64,000 nt of DNA. Source: Nannocystales bacterium. GTDB lineage: Bacteria; Myxococcota_A; Polyangia; Nannocystales; Nannocystaceae. Below the pieces are notes generated by a model, which was not told where the DNA came from, searched no databases, and saw only the letters and a list, made by a program, of their open reading frames with translations. Both the position numbers and the translations under genes were made by a program. Shown here one piece after another: positions 1 to 8,776 of this stretch (position 1 is its first letter; every line of letters starts with the position of its first letter). Location: NCBI GenBank assembly GCA_050633305.1, contig JBOEGF010000004.1:128001-192000 (forward strand). The letters run 5' to 3'.

Positions 1-243
1 CCCGCGCTGAAGGGGCGCGTCGGCGTTTGCAACTACACGTGTTTCGGACGGTGCGAAGACGGGCCCAACCTGTTCGTCCATGAGCTCGACGAAGAGGATG
101 AGCGCTACGACGATCCCGACGACGATGTCCTCGAGGAACAGCGCGGCTTCTACACCGACCTCGACAAAGAGAAGATCGGTCGGATCCTCAACGAGCACTG
201 CAAAAGCGGGGAGCCGATTCCCGACCTCGTCGGGGAGTATTAG
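1..243 (+). CDS. (2Fe-2S) thioredoxin-like ferredoxin family protein, 5' partial
   Basis: Frame +1 is open from base 1 to TAG at 241-243 (not in the ORF track): PALKGRVGVCNYTCFGRCEDGPNLFV...FYTDLDKEKIGRILNEHCKSGEPIPDLVGEY. The CxGxCxxGP motif and the Y...I..EH...G.P tail are typical of thioredoxin-like [2Fe-2S] ferredoxins. Confidence 0.7.
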   Translation, partial: PALKGRVGVCNYTCFGRCEDGPNLFVHELDEEDERYDDPDDDVLEEQRGFYTDLDKEKIGRILNEHCKSGEPIPDLVGEY

Positions 244-245
244 GC

Positions 246-399
246 TTGGCAGGGGCCTTTCGGAAAGGCCCCTCGCTGCGGCAGCGAAGCTGCCTTCGCT
301 TCACCCGAAACGGGCGGCGGTTGCCGCCTGGCGCTTCGCGGTCGACGGCGGGGGGGATTGGTTTTGGCAGGGGCCTTTCGGAAAGGCCCCTCGCTGCGG
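246..399. repeat. Pair of identical 36-nt palindromic REP-like repeats flanking a hairpin-rich spacer
   Basis: TTGGCAGGGGCCTTTCGGAAAGGCCCCTCGCTGCGG occurs at 246-281 and 364-399, each with the stem AGGGGCCTTT/AAAGGCCCCT. It lies between convergent genes. Confidence 0.8.
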
Positions 400-432
400 A
401 CGGGGCTTGGGTTCTGCTGCGGCGTTGCCGGG

Positions 433-1434
433 TTAGGCCGGGGACAGTCGGGCGGTGCCGCGGGCCAGATGGGTGCTGAAAGTGGCGGGGTCGATGTTGG
501 CTCCGCAGACCAGCAGTCCGACCTGCTTGCCCTGCAGGCGGTCTCGCAGAGGGCCCCACAGGGCAGCGGTCGCGGCTGCGCCCGCTGGTTCGACGGCCAG
601 CTTCATCCCCGCAAACAGCCGGACCATGGCCTCGCATAGGGCGTCGTCGTCGACGGTCACGACTTCGTCGACGAACCGACGGCACAGCTCGAACGAGTAG
701 GGGGCTGCATGCGGGGCGCCCAGGGAGTCTGCGATCGTCGCGACCCGGTCGATGGCGACGGGAGCGCCCGCCGCGAGGCTGCGCGTCATGGAATCGGCGC
801 CGATGGGTTCGACGCCGTAGACCTTGCACTGCGGTCGCAGTTGTTTGACCGCCGCAGCGATCCCTGCGCACAGCCCACCTCCGCCGATCGGGACGACCAC
901 GGCGTCGAGGTCAGGTCTCGCGTTCAGCCACTCGAGGCCGACGGTGGCGGTGCCCAATGCGGTCGTGGGTCCCTCGAAGGGATGGATGAAGGTGCGGCCC
1001 TCGTCGGCCTGGATGCGTTCGACGGTGGCGAACGCCTGATGGACGTCCTCGGCCAGGAGGACCTCGGCACCGAGGCGTCTGCATTTGTCGACGCGGGACG
1101 GGCTGGCCGTCTGCGGCATGACGACTTTCGCGTGGCTGCCCAAGGTTCTCGCGGTAAACGCGACGGCAGCCGCGTGGTTTCCGGCGGAGACGGCCGTCAG
1201 TCCTCGGGCTCGCTGCGCGTCATCGAGGTCCCACGCGCACAGCAGCGCTCCGCGGGGCTTGAACGAGCTGGTGTGCTGCCAGGCCTCGAGCTTGAGGTGG
1301 ACGCCGCCGCCCGGGCCGAGCAGATCGGAGACGGCGTCGTCCGTCCAGGTCCACACCGCGGTTGTTCGGACAGCGTCGCCGAGCCGCTCCCGGGCGCTGC
1401 GGATCTCGGACAACGTAGGGGCGGTGACGCTCAC
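433..1434 (-). CDS. PLP-dependent threonine/serine dehydratase family protein
   Basis: Motifs LKLEAWQHTSSFKPRGA (PLP Lys), SAGNHA, HPFE, PIGGGGL, VEPAGAA and CGANID. Start chosen at GTG 1434. Confidence 0.9.
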   Translation of the reverse strand: MSVTAPTLSEIRSARERLGDAVRTTAVWTWTDDAVSDLLGPGGGVHLKLEAWQHTSSFKPRGALLCAWDLDDAQRARGLTAVSAGNHAAAVAFTARTLGSHAKVVMPQTASPSRVDKCRRLGAEVLLAEDVHQAFATVERIQADEGRTFIHPFEGPTTALGTATVGLEWLNARPDLDAVVVPIGGGGLCAGIAAAVKQLRPQCKVYGVEPIGADSMTRSLAAGAPVAIDRVATIADSLGAPHAAPYSFELCRRFVDEVVTVDDDALCEAMVRLFAGMKLAVEPAGAAATAALWGPLRDRLQGKQVGLLVCGANIDPATFSTHLARGTARLSPA

Positions 1435-1457
1435 GCGAGTCTTGTACCCTCGCGGTC

Positions 1458-2066
1458 GTGAGGTTGCACGCGCCCGCTGCGGAACGAAACGCTCTGCCCA
1501 TTCTCGAGGTCCTGCGAGAGCGGTTCCCTTCTTCGGGGTTGGTCCTCGAGGTCGCGAGCGGGACCGGGCAGCATGTGGCCACGTTTGCGGCCGCGATGCC
1601 GGGCCTACGCTTCGCGCCGAGTGATCGGGATGCCGATGCACTGCGCAGCATCGGCGCGTGGACGGAGGGGATGGACAATGTCGCGCCTGCCGTTCAACTC
1701 GACGTGAGCTCGGCACGATGGCCGGTCGGGACCGTGGACGCGGTCTTCTGCGCCAACATGATTCACATCGCCCCCGAAGAGGTCGTGGGAGGCCTGATGC
1801 GAGGCGCATCAGAGCATGTGGCACCCGGCGGAGTGCTTGCCCTATACGGCCCGTTTCGGGTCGGTGGGCAGCACACCGCGCCTAGCAATGCGGCGTTTGA
1901 CGCCTCGCTACGATCTCGTGACCCGAGTTGGGGCGTCCGAGATCTCGAGTCCGTAGAGGCGATGGGCCGAGCGGCCGGCTTCGACCTGGAGCATGTCCAA
2001 GAAATGCCGGCGAACAACAAGCTCGTGTTCTTCCGCCGGACAGCTCGGGCGGAACGACCGGAATGA
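1458..2066 (+). CDS. DUF938-family SAM-dependent methyltransferase
   Basis: Motifs APAAERN, VLEVASGTGQH, ANMIHI, YGPF, SNAAFDASLR and MPANN. Confidence 0.88.
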   Translation: MRLHAPAAERNALPILEVLRERFPSSGLVLEVASGTGQHVATFAAAMPGLRFAPSDRDADALRSIGAWTEGMDNVAPAVQLDVSSARWPVGTVDAVFCANMIHIAPEEVVGGLMRGASEHVAPGGVLALYGPFRVGGQHTAPSNAAFDASLRSRDPSWGVRDLESVEAMGRAAGFDLEHVQEMPANNKLVFFRRTARAERPE

Positions 2067-2134
2067 AAGGGTCCGTGCAACGCGTGTCGGGTCGTGCGAC
2101 AAGCACCCCACCTTTCGACGGAGTTCTGCCCACG

Positions 2135-2437
2135 ATGCGAATCGACCTGAAAAAATTCCTGGCCCTGACCAGCCTCCTCTCCATGCCCATGGCCCCCGGT
2201 TGCGACACGGGTGACGACGAGGACACCGCGACGACCAACGCGAGCACCTCCGGCACCAGCGGAACTAGCGGTACCGGATCTGCGGGAAGCAGCACCGGCG
2301 CCAGCAGCGGCGGAACGACCAGCGGCGCCGAGACCGGCTCGACCGGCGAGAGCTTCGGCTCCAGCTCGACCGGCGAGAGCTTCGGCTCCAGCTCGACCGG
2401 CGAGGGCTTCGGCTCCAGCTCCAGCACCAGCGGCTGA
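2135..2437 (+). CDS. Small Ser/Thr/Gly-rich putative lipoprotein with three 9-aa repeats
   Basis: MRIDLKKFLALTSLLSMPMAPG-C signal/lipobox-like N-terminus, then a low-complexity tail with STGE(S/G)FGSS x3. Ends 6 nt before the Mur ligase start. Confidence 0.7.
   Translation: MRIDLKKFLALTSLLSMPMAPGCDTGDDEDTATTNASTSGTSGTSGTGSAGSSTGASSGGTTSGAETGSTGESFGSSSTGESFGSSSTGEGFGSSSSTSG
2337..2421 (+). repeat. 27-nt tandem repeat x3 (coding)
   Basis: Unit GCTCGACCGGCGAG(A/G)GCTTCGGCTCCA starts at 2337, 2364 and 2391. Confidence 0.9.
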
Positions 2438-2443
2438 CGCACG

Positions 2444-3658
2444 ATGACGTTGGTCCGCCCGACACCGCCCGCGTTCGCGTGGGCGGACCCGTTCTTCTCG
2501 TTCGGCGTCACGGGCACCAACGGCAAGACCTCGACCGTGCATCTCATCGGCGCCGCACTGGCGGCAGCCGGACATCTGGCCCTCCAGATCAGCACGGTCG
2601 AGTACCGCCTTGGCGACGAGAACCTCGGCCTCCCGCACACGCGCAACGGTTTCTTCGACGCCTTCTCCGCAGCCCACGAAGCGGGTGCTCAGTGGGCTTC
2701 GGTCGAGGTCACGTCGCGAGCACTGGCCGATTCGTACGCGAAGCGTTGGCGTTTCGATCTAGGCGTATTCACCAATCTCTCGCCCGATCACCTCTCGACG
2801 CACGGAAGCTACGAGGCCTACCTCGCGGCGAAGGCCCAGTTGTTCATTCACCTTGGCCCTGGGCGTACCGCGGTGCTCAACGCGGCGGACGAGCACGCGA
2901 TGTTCATCGACCAGGCGATTCCGCCGGATGTGAAGCGGTGCTGGTTCGCCTCGCCAACGCGCGGTCCCTTGTTGCGGGAGGCGGATCTCGAAGCCGAGCG
3001 CATCGACGTGGACGCCGCAGGCACCCGGGTCACACTGAAAGCGTCCCCACTGGCGGATGCCCTGGGAGGCACCCTGAAGACCCGCATGGTTGGAGCCGTG
3101 TTTGCCGAGAATGCGATGGCAGCCGCGGCTGCGGCGGTTCGAGCGGGGCTGGAACCCGAGGCGGTTGCGCGCGGGATCGTGGGTTGCCCCCCGGTCGCGG
3201 GCCGGTTCGAAGTGCTCGGGTCCGACCCGGTCGCGGTTGTCGACTACGCCCACACCCCCGACGCGCTGGAGCGGACCTGTGCAGAGGCTCGGGCGCTGGC
3301 CCGCGGTCGTTTGCTCGTGGTGTTTGGTGCCGGGGGTGGAGCCTCTCCGGAGAAGCGCGGCGAGATGGGGGCCGCGGTGGGGGCCCATGCCGACCGCGTG
3401 TGGGTGACCAATGACAATCCGCGCGACGAAGACCCGCAGCAGATCGCGGACGCACTTGTCGACGGCCTGGAGGGCTGTGGGGCGGAGGTGGCCGTCGTGC
3501 TCGACCGCGCGGCTGCTATCGAGGCGGCCATGCGCGTGGCGGGCCCCGGCGACGTGGTTGTCGTGGCTGGGAAGGGGCACGAACGGGGACAGACGGTTCG
3601 GGGGGAGACGCGGCCGTTTTGTGACCGCGATGAGGTCCGCCGTTGGGTGCAGGGGTGA
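2444..3658 (+). CDS. MurE-like Mur ligase lacking the N-terminal domain
   Basis: P-loop GVTGTNGKTST at about residue 21, plus EVTS, FTNLSPDHL, YLAAKAQLF, GRFE, DYAHTPDA, DNPR and AGKGHE. Confidence 0.88.
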   Translation: MTLVRPTPPAFAWADPFFSFGVTGTNGKTSTVHLIGAALAAAGHLALQISTVEYRLGDENLGLPHTRNGFFDAFSAAHEAGAQWASVEVTSRALADSYAKRWRFDLGVFTNLSPDHLSTHGSYEAYLAAKAQLFIHLGPGRTAVLNAADEHAMFIDQAIPPDVKRCWFASPTRGPLLREADLEAERIDVDAAGTRVTLKASPLADALGGTLKTRMVGAVFAENAMAAAAAAVRAGLEPEAVARGIVGCPPVAGRFEVLGSDPVAVVDYAHTPDALERTCAEARALARGRLLVVFGAGGGASPEKRGEMGAAVGAHADRVWVTNDNPRDEDPQQIADALVDGLEGCGAEVAVVLDRAAAIEAAMRVAGPGDVVVVAGKGHERGQTVRGETRPFCDRDEVRRWVQG

Positions 3659-4551
3659 ACGAGGGAGTTCGCCACGCGCTGGCCGAAATCCAAGCGCTGG
3701 AGTCACGGCTTGCCGTCCAGCACGGGCTGTGTCGGCTCGATGTGCGGCTCCAGGCGAGCAAGCAGGAGGTCCGGGTGGAGGGGACGGTTCTCGTCGACCG
3801 ACTGAGGCAGCCGGTGCTGAGCATTGTCGCGGCGGCCCTGCCGGGCGTTTCCCTGAGCGACGCTCTGCAGGTCGTGCAAGGGGGGCCGTGGCACGCGGTC
3901 GAAACGGTAACGTCGTTGCACGCATCGGCGACTGGCGGGCCTACGGTCACTGTGCTGCACCCCGAGGACGGCCCCGTGGAGGTCTTGGGTAGAGCTGCGG
4001 CCGCGTGTTTGGTCCGCGATCGCTGCGGGACCACGGGTTGGATGTCTGGCGCTCTCGGTCCGGGGGTTCAGCCTCCGGTGCTCCCGCATCCGCGGACCGA
4101 GGATCCGCAGGCCTTTGTCGATGCCGCACGCCGCTTCGTCGGGACGTCGTATGCGCTCGGTGGGACGGACCGGGAGGTCATCGACTGCTCGGGTCTCGTT
4201 CAACGCGCGGCCTGGTCGTCGCTGCGTGTCGCGCTTCCTCGGAACACCGGGGACCTGTGGGGGCTTGGTGCCCGGCAGGGGCGGCCACCCGACGGCGCGG
4301 GGCACCTGGTCTTCGTGTGGACGCGTGGCGAGTCACTACGCCACGTCGGCATCGTCGCCCCGGATGCCGTCGTTCACGCTTCGTTGTCTCGACGTGTCGT
4401 GGTCTGCGACCCTGCCGAGCGCTTCTACCGAGGCGTGGCCCGGGTCGAGCATCTGCCCTTTGAGGCGTTGTTGGCCCTCGGACGACGGTGCGCCGGGCAC
4501 CCGAACGTCCTCGCAGCGGGGGTGCGCCTCGGACAAGCCCCGCCGGCCTGA
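3655..4551 (+). CDS. NlpC/P60 (C40) family cysteine peptidase
   Basis: GTSYALGG...IDCSGLV...LPR...HVGI...VHAS gives a Cys-His-His triad. GTGA overlap with the upstream gene; no signal peptide seen. Confidence 0.85.
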   Translation: MNEGVRHALAEIQALESRLAVQHGLCRLDVRLQASKQEVRVEGTVLVDRLRQPVLSIVAAALPGVSLSDALQVVQGGPWHAVETVTSLHASATGGPTVTVLHPEDGPVEVLGRAAAACLVRDRCGTTGWMSGALGPGVQPPVLPHPRTEDPQAFVDAARRFVGTSYALGGTDREVIDCSGLVQRAAWSSLRVALPRNTGDLWGLGARQGRPPDGAGHLVFVWTRGESLRHVGIVAPDAVVHASLSRRVVVCDPAERFYRGVARVEHLPFEALLALGRRCAGHPNVLAAGVRLGQAPPA

Positions 4552-4627
4552 AGACCGTGCCGGGCTCCGTGCCAGCCGTGGGGCACCCAAGAGAGGCCCG
4601 AGGTAGAGGGCCATGAGAGCGGTCCCG

Positions 4628-5038
4628 TCAGGCGCCCGAGGCGAATCGGAAGAACCGCGTGAGCAGGCTCGGGCCAGGGTCGTCGCGAAGCAGTCGGTCG
4701 ACCTGGCGTCGGAGGCGGCCGCAGCACTGCCGCCCCACGGACGCATCGAGGATCTCGCCGTCGCGGGTGCACAGGATGGTGGGCGAGCCGTCCTTCTGCA
4801 CCGGGGGGAAGGCTTCGCGGTTGTTGCACGTCTCGGGGAGGAGCCGGGGGTCGACGTGCGCGAACATGACCGAGTCGGGGTCGTACCCCTCGGCGAGGTC
4901 CTCGAGCGCCTGCAGACAAGCGCTGGTGGCGCGGGTCCGGCTATCGCCGAGCAGGATTACGACAGAGCCGATTCCGTCCTCGAGCAGACTTTGGGCATCG
5001 TCTGCACACAGGGGGATATAGACGCGGGAGGCCGACAA
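4628..5038 (-). CDS. Thioredoxin-fold-like protein without CxxC
   Basis: The pattern VVILL...ALEDLA...VMFAHVD...GSPTILC..DGEIL...G resembles thioredoxin. Lies just downstream of selD. Confidence 0.5.
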   Translation of the reverse strand: MSASRVYIPLCADDAQSLLEDGIGSVVILLGDSRTRATSACLQALEDLAEGYDPDSVMFAHVDPRLLPETCNNREAFPPVQKDGSPTILCTRDGEILDASVGRQCCGRLRRQVDRLLRDDPGPSLLTRFFRFASGA

Positions 5039-5063
5039 CGTCGCTCAACGTAGCAGTCTGGGA

Positions 5064-6167
5064 TCAGGACGCCACAACTTCGATCCGTTTCGACCGAGGT
5101 CCGGGGCGCTCGACAATCTCACCGACGACGCTGACCCAATCTTCCGATGGAGCCACCGCACGCAGGGCGTCGAAGACCTTGCTGCAGGCCCGAGCCCCCA
5201 CCGCCGCAAGCAGACCTCCGGAGGTCTGAGCGTCCGCCAGCAGCAGCTGCGTGTGCTCTTCCTCGCGAAGGGCTTTGGCCCAACGCACGTCTTTTACGGC
5301 GGCACTGAGGTTTGCGCGCGTCCCTCCTGGTGCCACGCCTGCGGCGACCAGGCGGCGGGCTGCGGGAAGTGTTGGAATCGCGGTGGCATCGAGCCGGGCG
5401 CCGATCGGCCCCTCGAGCATCTCGCGCAGGTGTCCCAAAAAGCCATATCCCGTCACGTCCGTACAGGCGTGAACGGAGCGCGTGTGCTGGGCGAGGACCT
5501 CACCGGATGCGCGGTTGAGGGTGGCCATGACCTCGATCGCGTGGCTGATCTCGGCGGGGGTCGCCTTGCCCTGCTTGATGGCGGTCGTGACGATTCCGCT
5601 CCCCAGAGGCTTGGTGAGGATGAGCTTGTCCCCAGGACGAGCCCCCACATTGGTGAACACCTTCTTGGGGTGCACCTCACCGACGACCGCGAGTCCATAC
5701 TTGGGCTCCGCGTCCTCGACCGTGTGCCCGCCCAGCAGGACGGCGCCCGCGTTGGAGACCGTGTCCGCGCCGCCGCGAAGGATCTCGTGCAGGACGTCCA
5801 ACGGCAGCGCCTTGCCTGGAAACCCGACGAGGTTGAGTGCGACCAGCGGGCGGGCGCCCATGGCCCACACGTCGGAGAGGGCGTTGGCGGCAGCAACTCG
5901 GCCGTAGTCATAGGGATCGTCGACAACGGGGGAGAAGAAGTCCGTCGTGCATACGAGCGCCCGCTTGGCGTCGAGTTGGTAGACCCCCGCGTCGTCGTGT
6001 GTCTCGGTTCCGACGAGTACCCGTTTGTCGAGCACTTTGGGCAAGCGGCGCAAGACCTGCGCCAGCTCCGGCGAGCGGAGCTTGGAGGCTCAACCCGCGG
6101 CCTGGGCGTACTCCGTGAGGCGGATCGGGGGAACCTTGGGGCTGCGGGTCGACGCGCGGCGAGCCAT
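5064..6167 (-). CDS. selD: Selenide, water dikinase (selenophosphate synthetase); selenoprotein with in-frame UGA
   Basis: MARRAS...RLTEYAQAAG-UGA(6090-6092)-ASKL continues in frame into DDAGVY, TTDFFSPVVDDPY, ANALSDVWAMG, GGHT, LTKPLG, DVTGYG and DAQTSGGLL. Confidence 0.93.
6064..6082 (-). promoter_or_regulatory. Putative bacterial SECIS hairpin of selD
   Basis: The mRNA reads AGCUCCG-CUCGC-CGGAGCU (7-bp stem), starting 7 nt downstream of the in-frame UGA. Confidence 0.6.
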
Positions 6168-6277
6168 GCTGCGGCGATCCGTAGCAGCTGGGCGCAAAAT
6201 CCTCCACGGGAGACCGTTTCGCGCGACGCGCCGGGACTGGGTGAAGTCTCGGGCCCATCTGGGATACCCTGGGGGGG

Positions 6278-6985
6278 ATGGAGCTCGACGAGATGTACGG
6301 GTACGTGTTGATGGCGTCGGCGGGAGGTGGAGCCATCGCGCTGTTGCTTGTCGCGGTCGCCAAGGCGCGTGGGAGTGCAGCGACCGGCGGTAGCGCGCTG
6401 CTTGCGGTCTCTTCGCTGATGTACGTGCTCGCCGGCGTAGGGGGAGCCTCCGCGCGTGTTCGCTCGGCTGGCACCGCGGGGACCGCCCAGGCGAATGTCG
6501 GTGCGCAGCAGGCTGACGCTGAGGCGAAGGATGCGGCGCCAGAGGCCGAGGCGCCCGAGGAGGAGAAGCCGGCGGCTCTTGTCGCGGCTCCTGTCGTGGA
6601 GGCCGAGGCTGAACCCGCCGCCGCGGTGGACGCAGAGGCCGAGGCTGAACCCGCCGCCGCGGTGGACGCAGAGGCCGAGGTCGCGGCGGAGCTCGAAGCA
6701 GAAGCAGAAGCAGAAGCAGAGCCCGAGGTGGAGGCCGAACCCGAGCCCGTCGCGACACCGAAGCCCAAGAAGAAGAAAAAGAAGAAGAAAAAGAAGACGC
6801 CGCAGGCGGATCCGGAACCGGCTGCCGCGGACCCAGAGCCCGCCGCAGAGCCCGAGCCGAAGGCCGAGCCTGAGCCGAAGCCCGAGCCCAAAGCCGAGCC
6901 GAAGGCGGAACCCGAGCCGAAGGAAGAGGCTCCCAAGAAGCCCGCGCTCATGGATGACACCCCGCCCAAGGTGCCCAGCGAGTAG
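6278..6985 (+). CDS. Membrane-anchored Glu/Ala/Pro-rich protein with a poly-Lys tract
   Basis: Two N-terminal hydrophobic segments, EA/EP repeats, a K10 run and EPK repeats. Confidence 0.7.
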   Translation: MELDEMYGYVLMASAGGGAIALLLVAVAKARGSAATGGSALLAVSSLMYVLAGVGGASARVRSAGTAGTAQANVGAQQADAEAKDAAPEAEAPEEEKPAALVAAPVVEAEAEPAAAVDAEAEAEPAAAVDAEAEVAAELEAEAEAEAEPEVEAEPEPVATPKPKKKKKKKKKKTPQADPEPAAADPEPAAEPEPKAEPEPKPEPKAEPKAEPEPKEEAPKKPALMDDTPPKVPSE

Positions 6986-6994
6986 ATCCGCGCT

Positions 6995-8776
6995 CTAGGG
7001 GGCGGCCGGGCGAAGCTTGGGGCGCAACACATCGAGGCCGCGTTCGAGAACTTCGTCGCGGCCTTCGGCAATTCCAGCGACGCTGGGCCTGACTTGGATC
7101 TCGGGGGTGACCCCGTCGTTGTGAAATGGCGTGCCATCGTGGCGGGTCACTCGCATCCCGCTGAAGACGACATAGAACCCGCCGAGGGTGTCGTGGCGGA
7201 CGATATCCCCGTTGGCGCCCGCGGTCGTGCTCCCGACCAGCGTCCCCAAACTGTGCGTCTGGACGTAACTGAGGATGGACTCGGCGTAGCTGATCGCGGC
7301 TGCGTTGATCAGGAAGACGGTTGGTGCCTCGATGTGGGGGGTCGAGGGGCGACGGTTCCAACCGATGTCGGCGAAGCTGACCGGGGCCCCACCAGGCTCG
7401 ATGAATCGCGGGACATGCATCCAGGCGGCGTCCTCGGGTGAGGACATGAGGTGGTCGAGCAAGTCGTCGTTGTGGATCGGGTAGCCGCGGAGGTCGAACA
7501 CGATTCCTTCGGCGGCAACCAGCTCCTCGAGCCTGGGCTTGAGGTCGGTCCATGAAAGCCGCGTGAGGTCGACGTAGAGCACCCCCGGCTCGACCTCCCC
7601 GAACGCGTCGGGTCGGATGTCGGGAACGATCTCGTGCAGGGAATAGCGGGTCTGGACGGCCTCGACGGCGCCACCACGCTCGATGCCCAACGTGACGGTG
7701 TTCCCACCAGGCCCGCGCGCGCCGTCCCATGTGCATGCCCGAAAGCGGCGCCACTGAGGGGTTCCCGAGAGGCGCTCGGCGATCGCCTGGGCTCGCGGCC
7801 ACGCAGGCGTGCCGTCGATGGTCGCGATCACCTCGCCGACGGCGATGTTGGGGTCCTCGGAAGCGGCCACCACGACAGCATCGCCAACACAGGCGGTACG
7901 GACAGGGAGCCAGCCGATACCGCGGTGTCCCTCCCGTTCCACACGGGCGTGCCCGTCCTGCAACGCGCGGGTGAGCGTGCGGATCGAGTCGATGAGGTCG
8001 GCTTCGGTGCTGTCGTCCGCGGTGTCGCGTAGTGCTTGGCGGAGAACATCTTCCCAGGGAACGGAGACGTCCTCCTGGTAGGGGTAGAAATGGCGGAGCA
8101 CCGCCCATACATCGATCAGCAGGGCCTCCCGGACCGCGCGAGAAGAGAAATCGGTGGGATCGAGCGTGGGGGCGAGCGGGGCCGGGGTCCGGTGGGCGGC
8201 TTCGGGCTCCAGGACCAGCGGGATGCGGGCATGAAGGGGGCCGAGAAGCGGGGCGGTGTGCGGCCGCGTGGGGTCGGGCGCTTCGGAAAAGCGGCGTTCG
8301 TACCGGGTCTGCGGCGTCACGCGAACGCTGGCGTACGGGGGGCGAAACAGCGAGAGCGAGGTGCCCTCATACCCCTGATGCTGCCAGTAGATGAGGTCCG
8401 CACGTCGCGGCGGAGGCTCGAGGTTCGGCGGTTCCGGGCTGGGCGCGACCCACAGTGCGAGGCCGTGGGTGTAGGGCGCGAAGGTGCGCCGCAGCGCCTT
8501 GGCGAGCTCTCCGTATCGTGTCGCCCCCGCCGCAGCGTGCACACCGTCTGCCGCGACCTGGGCCCAGTCCGCATCGTGGGCTGCATCGGTCGGGTGGAAG
8601 TACCGGACAACCCCATACAGCCGAGCGAAGGCGACGAGGGCGTCTTCACGCGAGACGGCCGCACGCTCCGCCTCGGTGGGTGTTGGGTCGGGTGGGGGAG
8701 TCGTGGGCGTGGGGGACGGGCAACCCAGGAGTGCCGTCGCCAGCAGGGCCGTCACGGCACCGTTGGGCTTCAGCAC
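6995..8776 (-). CDS. S41 family peptidase (lipoprotein, PDZ-like segment)
   Basis: LLG-C lipobox, YGVVRYFHP, HFYPY, DGH, IVFDLRGYP, ISYAE, GSTTAGANG and GVTPEI. Start chosen at GTG 8776. Confidence 0.85.
   Translation of the reverse strand: MLKPNGAVTALLATALLGCPSPTPTTPPPDPTPTEAERAAVSREDALVAFARLYGVVRYFHPTDAAHDADWAQVAADGVHAAAGATRYGELAKALRRTFAPYTHGLALWVAPSPEPPNLEPPPRRADLIYWQHQGYEGTSLSLFRPPYASVRVTPQTRYERRFSEAPDPTRPHTAPLLGPLHARIPLVLEPEAAHRTPAPLAPTLDPTDFSSRAVREALLIDVWAVLRHFYPYQEDVSVPWEDVLRQALRDTADDSTEADLIDSIRTLTRALQDGHARVEREGHRGIGWLPVRTACVGDAVVVAASEDPNIAVGEVIATIDGTPAWPRAQAIAERLSGTPQWRRFRACTWDGARGPGGNTVTLGIERGGAVEAVQTRYSLHEIVPDIRPDAFGEVEPGVLYVDLTRLSWTDLKPRLEELVAAEGIVFDLRGYPIHNDDLLDHLMSSPEDAAWMHVPRFIEPGGAPVSFADIGWNRRPSTPHIEAPTVFLINAAAISYAESILSYVQTHSLGTLVGSTTAGANGDIVRHDTLGGFYVVFSGMRVTRHDGTPFHNDGVTPEIQVRPSVAGIAEGRDEVLERGLDVLRPKLRPAAP

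Noticed and set aside
246..399. CRISPR array
   Set aside because: Only two repeats, an 82-nt self-structured spacer, and no cas genes in the window.
2444..3658. Calling this the housekeeping murE
   Set aside because: It lacks the N-terminal domain and is outside a dcw cluster.
5064..6167. selD pseudogene with a premature stop
   Set aside because: The UGA lies exactly at the catalytic Cys/Sec position with a downstream hairpin, so recoding is the better explanation.
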